Origin: Negaprion brevirostris
Lineage: Eukaryota
Direction: 5' to 3'
Length of the DNA: 64,000 bases
NCBI GenBank assembly: GCA_030324005.1
Contig: JARDVH010000001.1
Location: forward strand, 123,492,421-123,556,420
Shown: positions 62,741-64,000 of the stretch, in pieces
Numbering within the stretch: the first letter of the stretch is position 1
How the letters are laid out: every line of letters begins with the position of its first letter
Notes under the pieces: model-generated
What the model was told of the DNA's origin: nothing
Databases searched by the model: none
Seen by the model: the letters and a program-made list of their open reading frames with translations, nothing else
Translations under genes and position numbers: made by a program

Positions 62741-63767
62741 NNNNNNNNNNNNNNNNNNNNNNNNNNNNNNNNNNNNNNNNNNNNNNNNNNNNNNNNNNNN
62801 NNNNNNNNNNNNNNNNNNNNNNNNNNNNNNNNNNNNNNNNNNNNNNNNNNNNNNNNNNNNNNNNNNNNNNNNNNNNNNNNNNNNNNNNNNNNNNNNNNNN
62901 NNNNNNNNNNNNNNNNNNNNNNNNNNNNNNNNNNNNNNNNNNNNNNNNNNNNNNNNNNNNNNNNNNNNNNNNNNNNNNNNNNNNNNNNNNNNNNNNNNNN
63001 NNNNNNNNNNNNNNNNNNNNNNNNNNNNNNNNNNNNNNNNNNNNNNNNNNNNNNNNNNNNNNNNNNNNNNNNNNNNNNNNNNNNNNNNNNNNNNNNNNNN
63101 NNNNNNNNNNNNNNNNNNNNNNNNNNNNNNNNNNNNNNNNNNNNNNNNNNNNNNNNNNNNNNNNNNNNNNNNNNNNNNNNNNNNNNNNNNNNNNNNNNNN
63201 NNNNNNNNNNNNNNNNNNNNNNNNNNNNNNNNNNNNNNNNNNNNNNNNNNNNNNNNNNNNNNNNNNNNNNNNNNNNNNNNNNNNNNNNNNNNNNNNNNNN
63301 NNNNNNNNNNNNNNNNNNNNNNNNNNNNNNNNNNNNNNNNNNNNNNNNNNNNNNNNNNNNNNNNNNNNNNNNNNNNNNNNNNNNNNNNNNNNNNNNNNNN
63401 NNNNNNNNNNNNNNNNNNNNNNNNNNNNNNNNNNNNNNNNNNNNNNNNNNNNNNNNNNNNNAAACGCTAACACACTATAAGCCTTCTTCACGGCTCTATC
63501 CGCTTGAGTGGCAACCTTCAGAGATCTGTGGATATGAATCCCAAGATCTCTCTGTTCCTCCACATTCCTCAGAACCCTACCGTTGACCCTGTAATCCACA
63601 TTTAAATTTGTCCTACCAAAATGAATCACCTCGCACTTGGCAGGGTTAAACTCCATCTGCCACTTTTCCGCCCAGCTCTGCATCCTATCAATGTCTTTTT
63701 GCAGCCTACAAGAGCCCTCCACCTCATCCACTACTCCACCAATCTTGGTGTCATCAGCAAATTTACT
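62741..63767 (-). mobile_element. CR1 LINE ORF2 RT fragment (its 3' part lies in the gap)
   Basis: Open frame SKFADDTKIGG...LQKDIDRMQSWAEKWQMEFNPAKCEVIHFG...EQRDLG over 63462-63767. Confidence 0.92.
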
Positions 63768-64000
63768 GTTTAGGCTTTTTCTTGGAGATCTGATCATCCA
63801 ACAGCTGTTTGCAAATGTTATTGCCTGATTACCCCACATTTATAATGCAAGTTATGGAAGTAGGTTTTGCATACAATTTGTAAAACTTGATTGTAGTTTA
63901 AACTTTATCCATGATTCCAAAACTCAACTATTGATTATACATGGGAGCAAATACTTGGGGTCTATCACCTGAGGTAATAAAATTGTCTTCCATAATCAGA

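Noticed and set aside
1-64000. A prokaryotic-style novel system (CRISPR array, defence operon, RT-associated locus)
   Set aside because: The DNA is intron-rich vertebrate sequence. All RT motifs belong to CR1, RTE or Rex LINE debris, and there is no repeat-spacer array or operon.

Overview
Vertebrate nuclear DNA, almost certainly an elasmobranch (shark), judging by HE1-type tRNA SINEs, CR1/HER1 LINE tails, DeuSINE (SacSINE1-like) copies and Penelope-type termini. It is a draft assembly with many N gaps. The only host gene I can support is SH3D19 (Eve-1/EBP) on the + strand: 15 internal coding exons between 17195 and 62197, with continuous splice phases across all 14 junctions; inside the large exon the frame is restored only by collapsing a 100-N gap. 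The exons encode the N-terminal extension, a PPxY motif, the long Pro-rich region and SH3 domains 1-3. The first exons and the exons for SH3-4/5 were not found and probably lie outside the window. Gene identity rests on my recall of the human protein, not on a computed alignment. The rest is intronic DNA rich in transposons. Most notable: a GC-AG intron, a probably false gap inside an exon, a candidate internal first exon, a decayed 28S rRNA fragment beside a CR1, a solo LTR with a 5-bp TSD and an R-region hairpin, a degenerate Penelope hammerhead ribozyme, a Rex/Babar-like LINE fragment, and three young CR1 copies with similar 5' ends. I found no evidence for a novel multi-gene system. Most ORF-track entries are spurious or TE-derived. 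Repeat boundaries are approximate.
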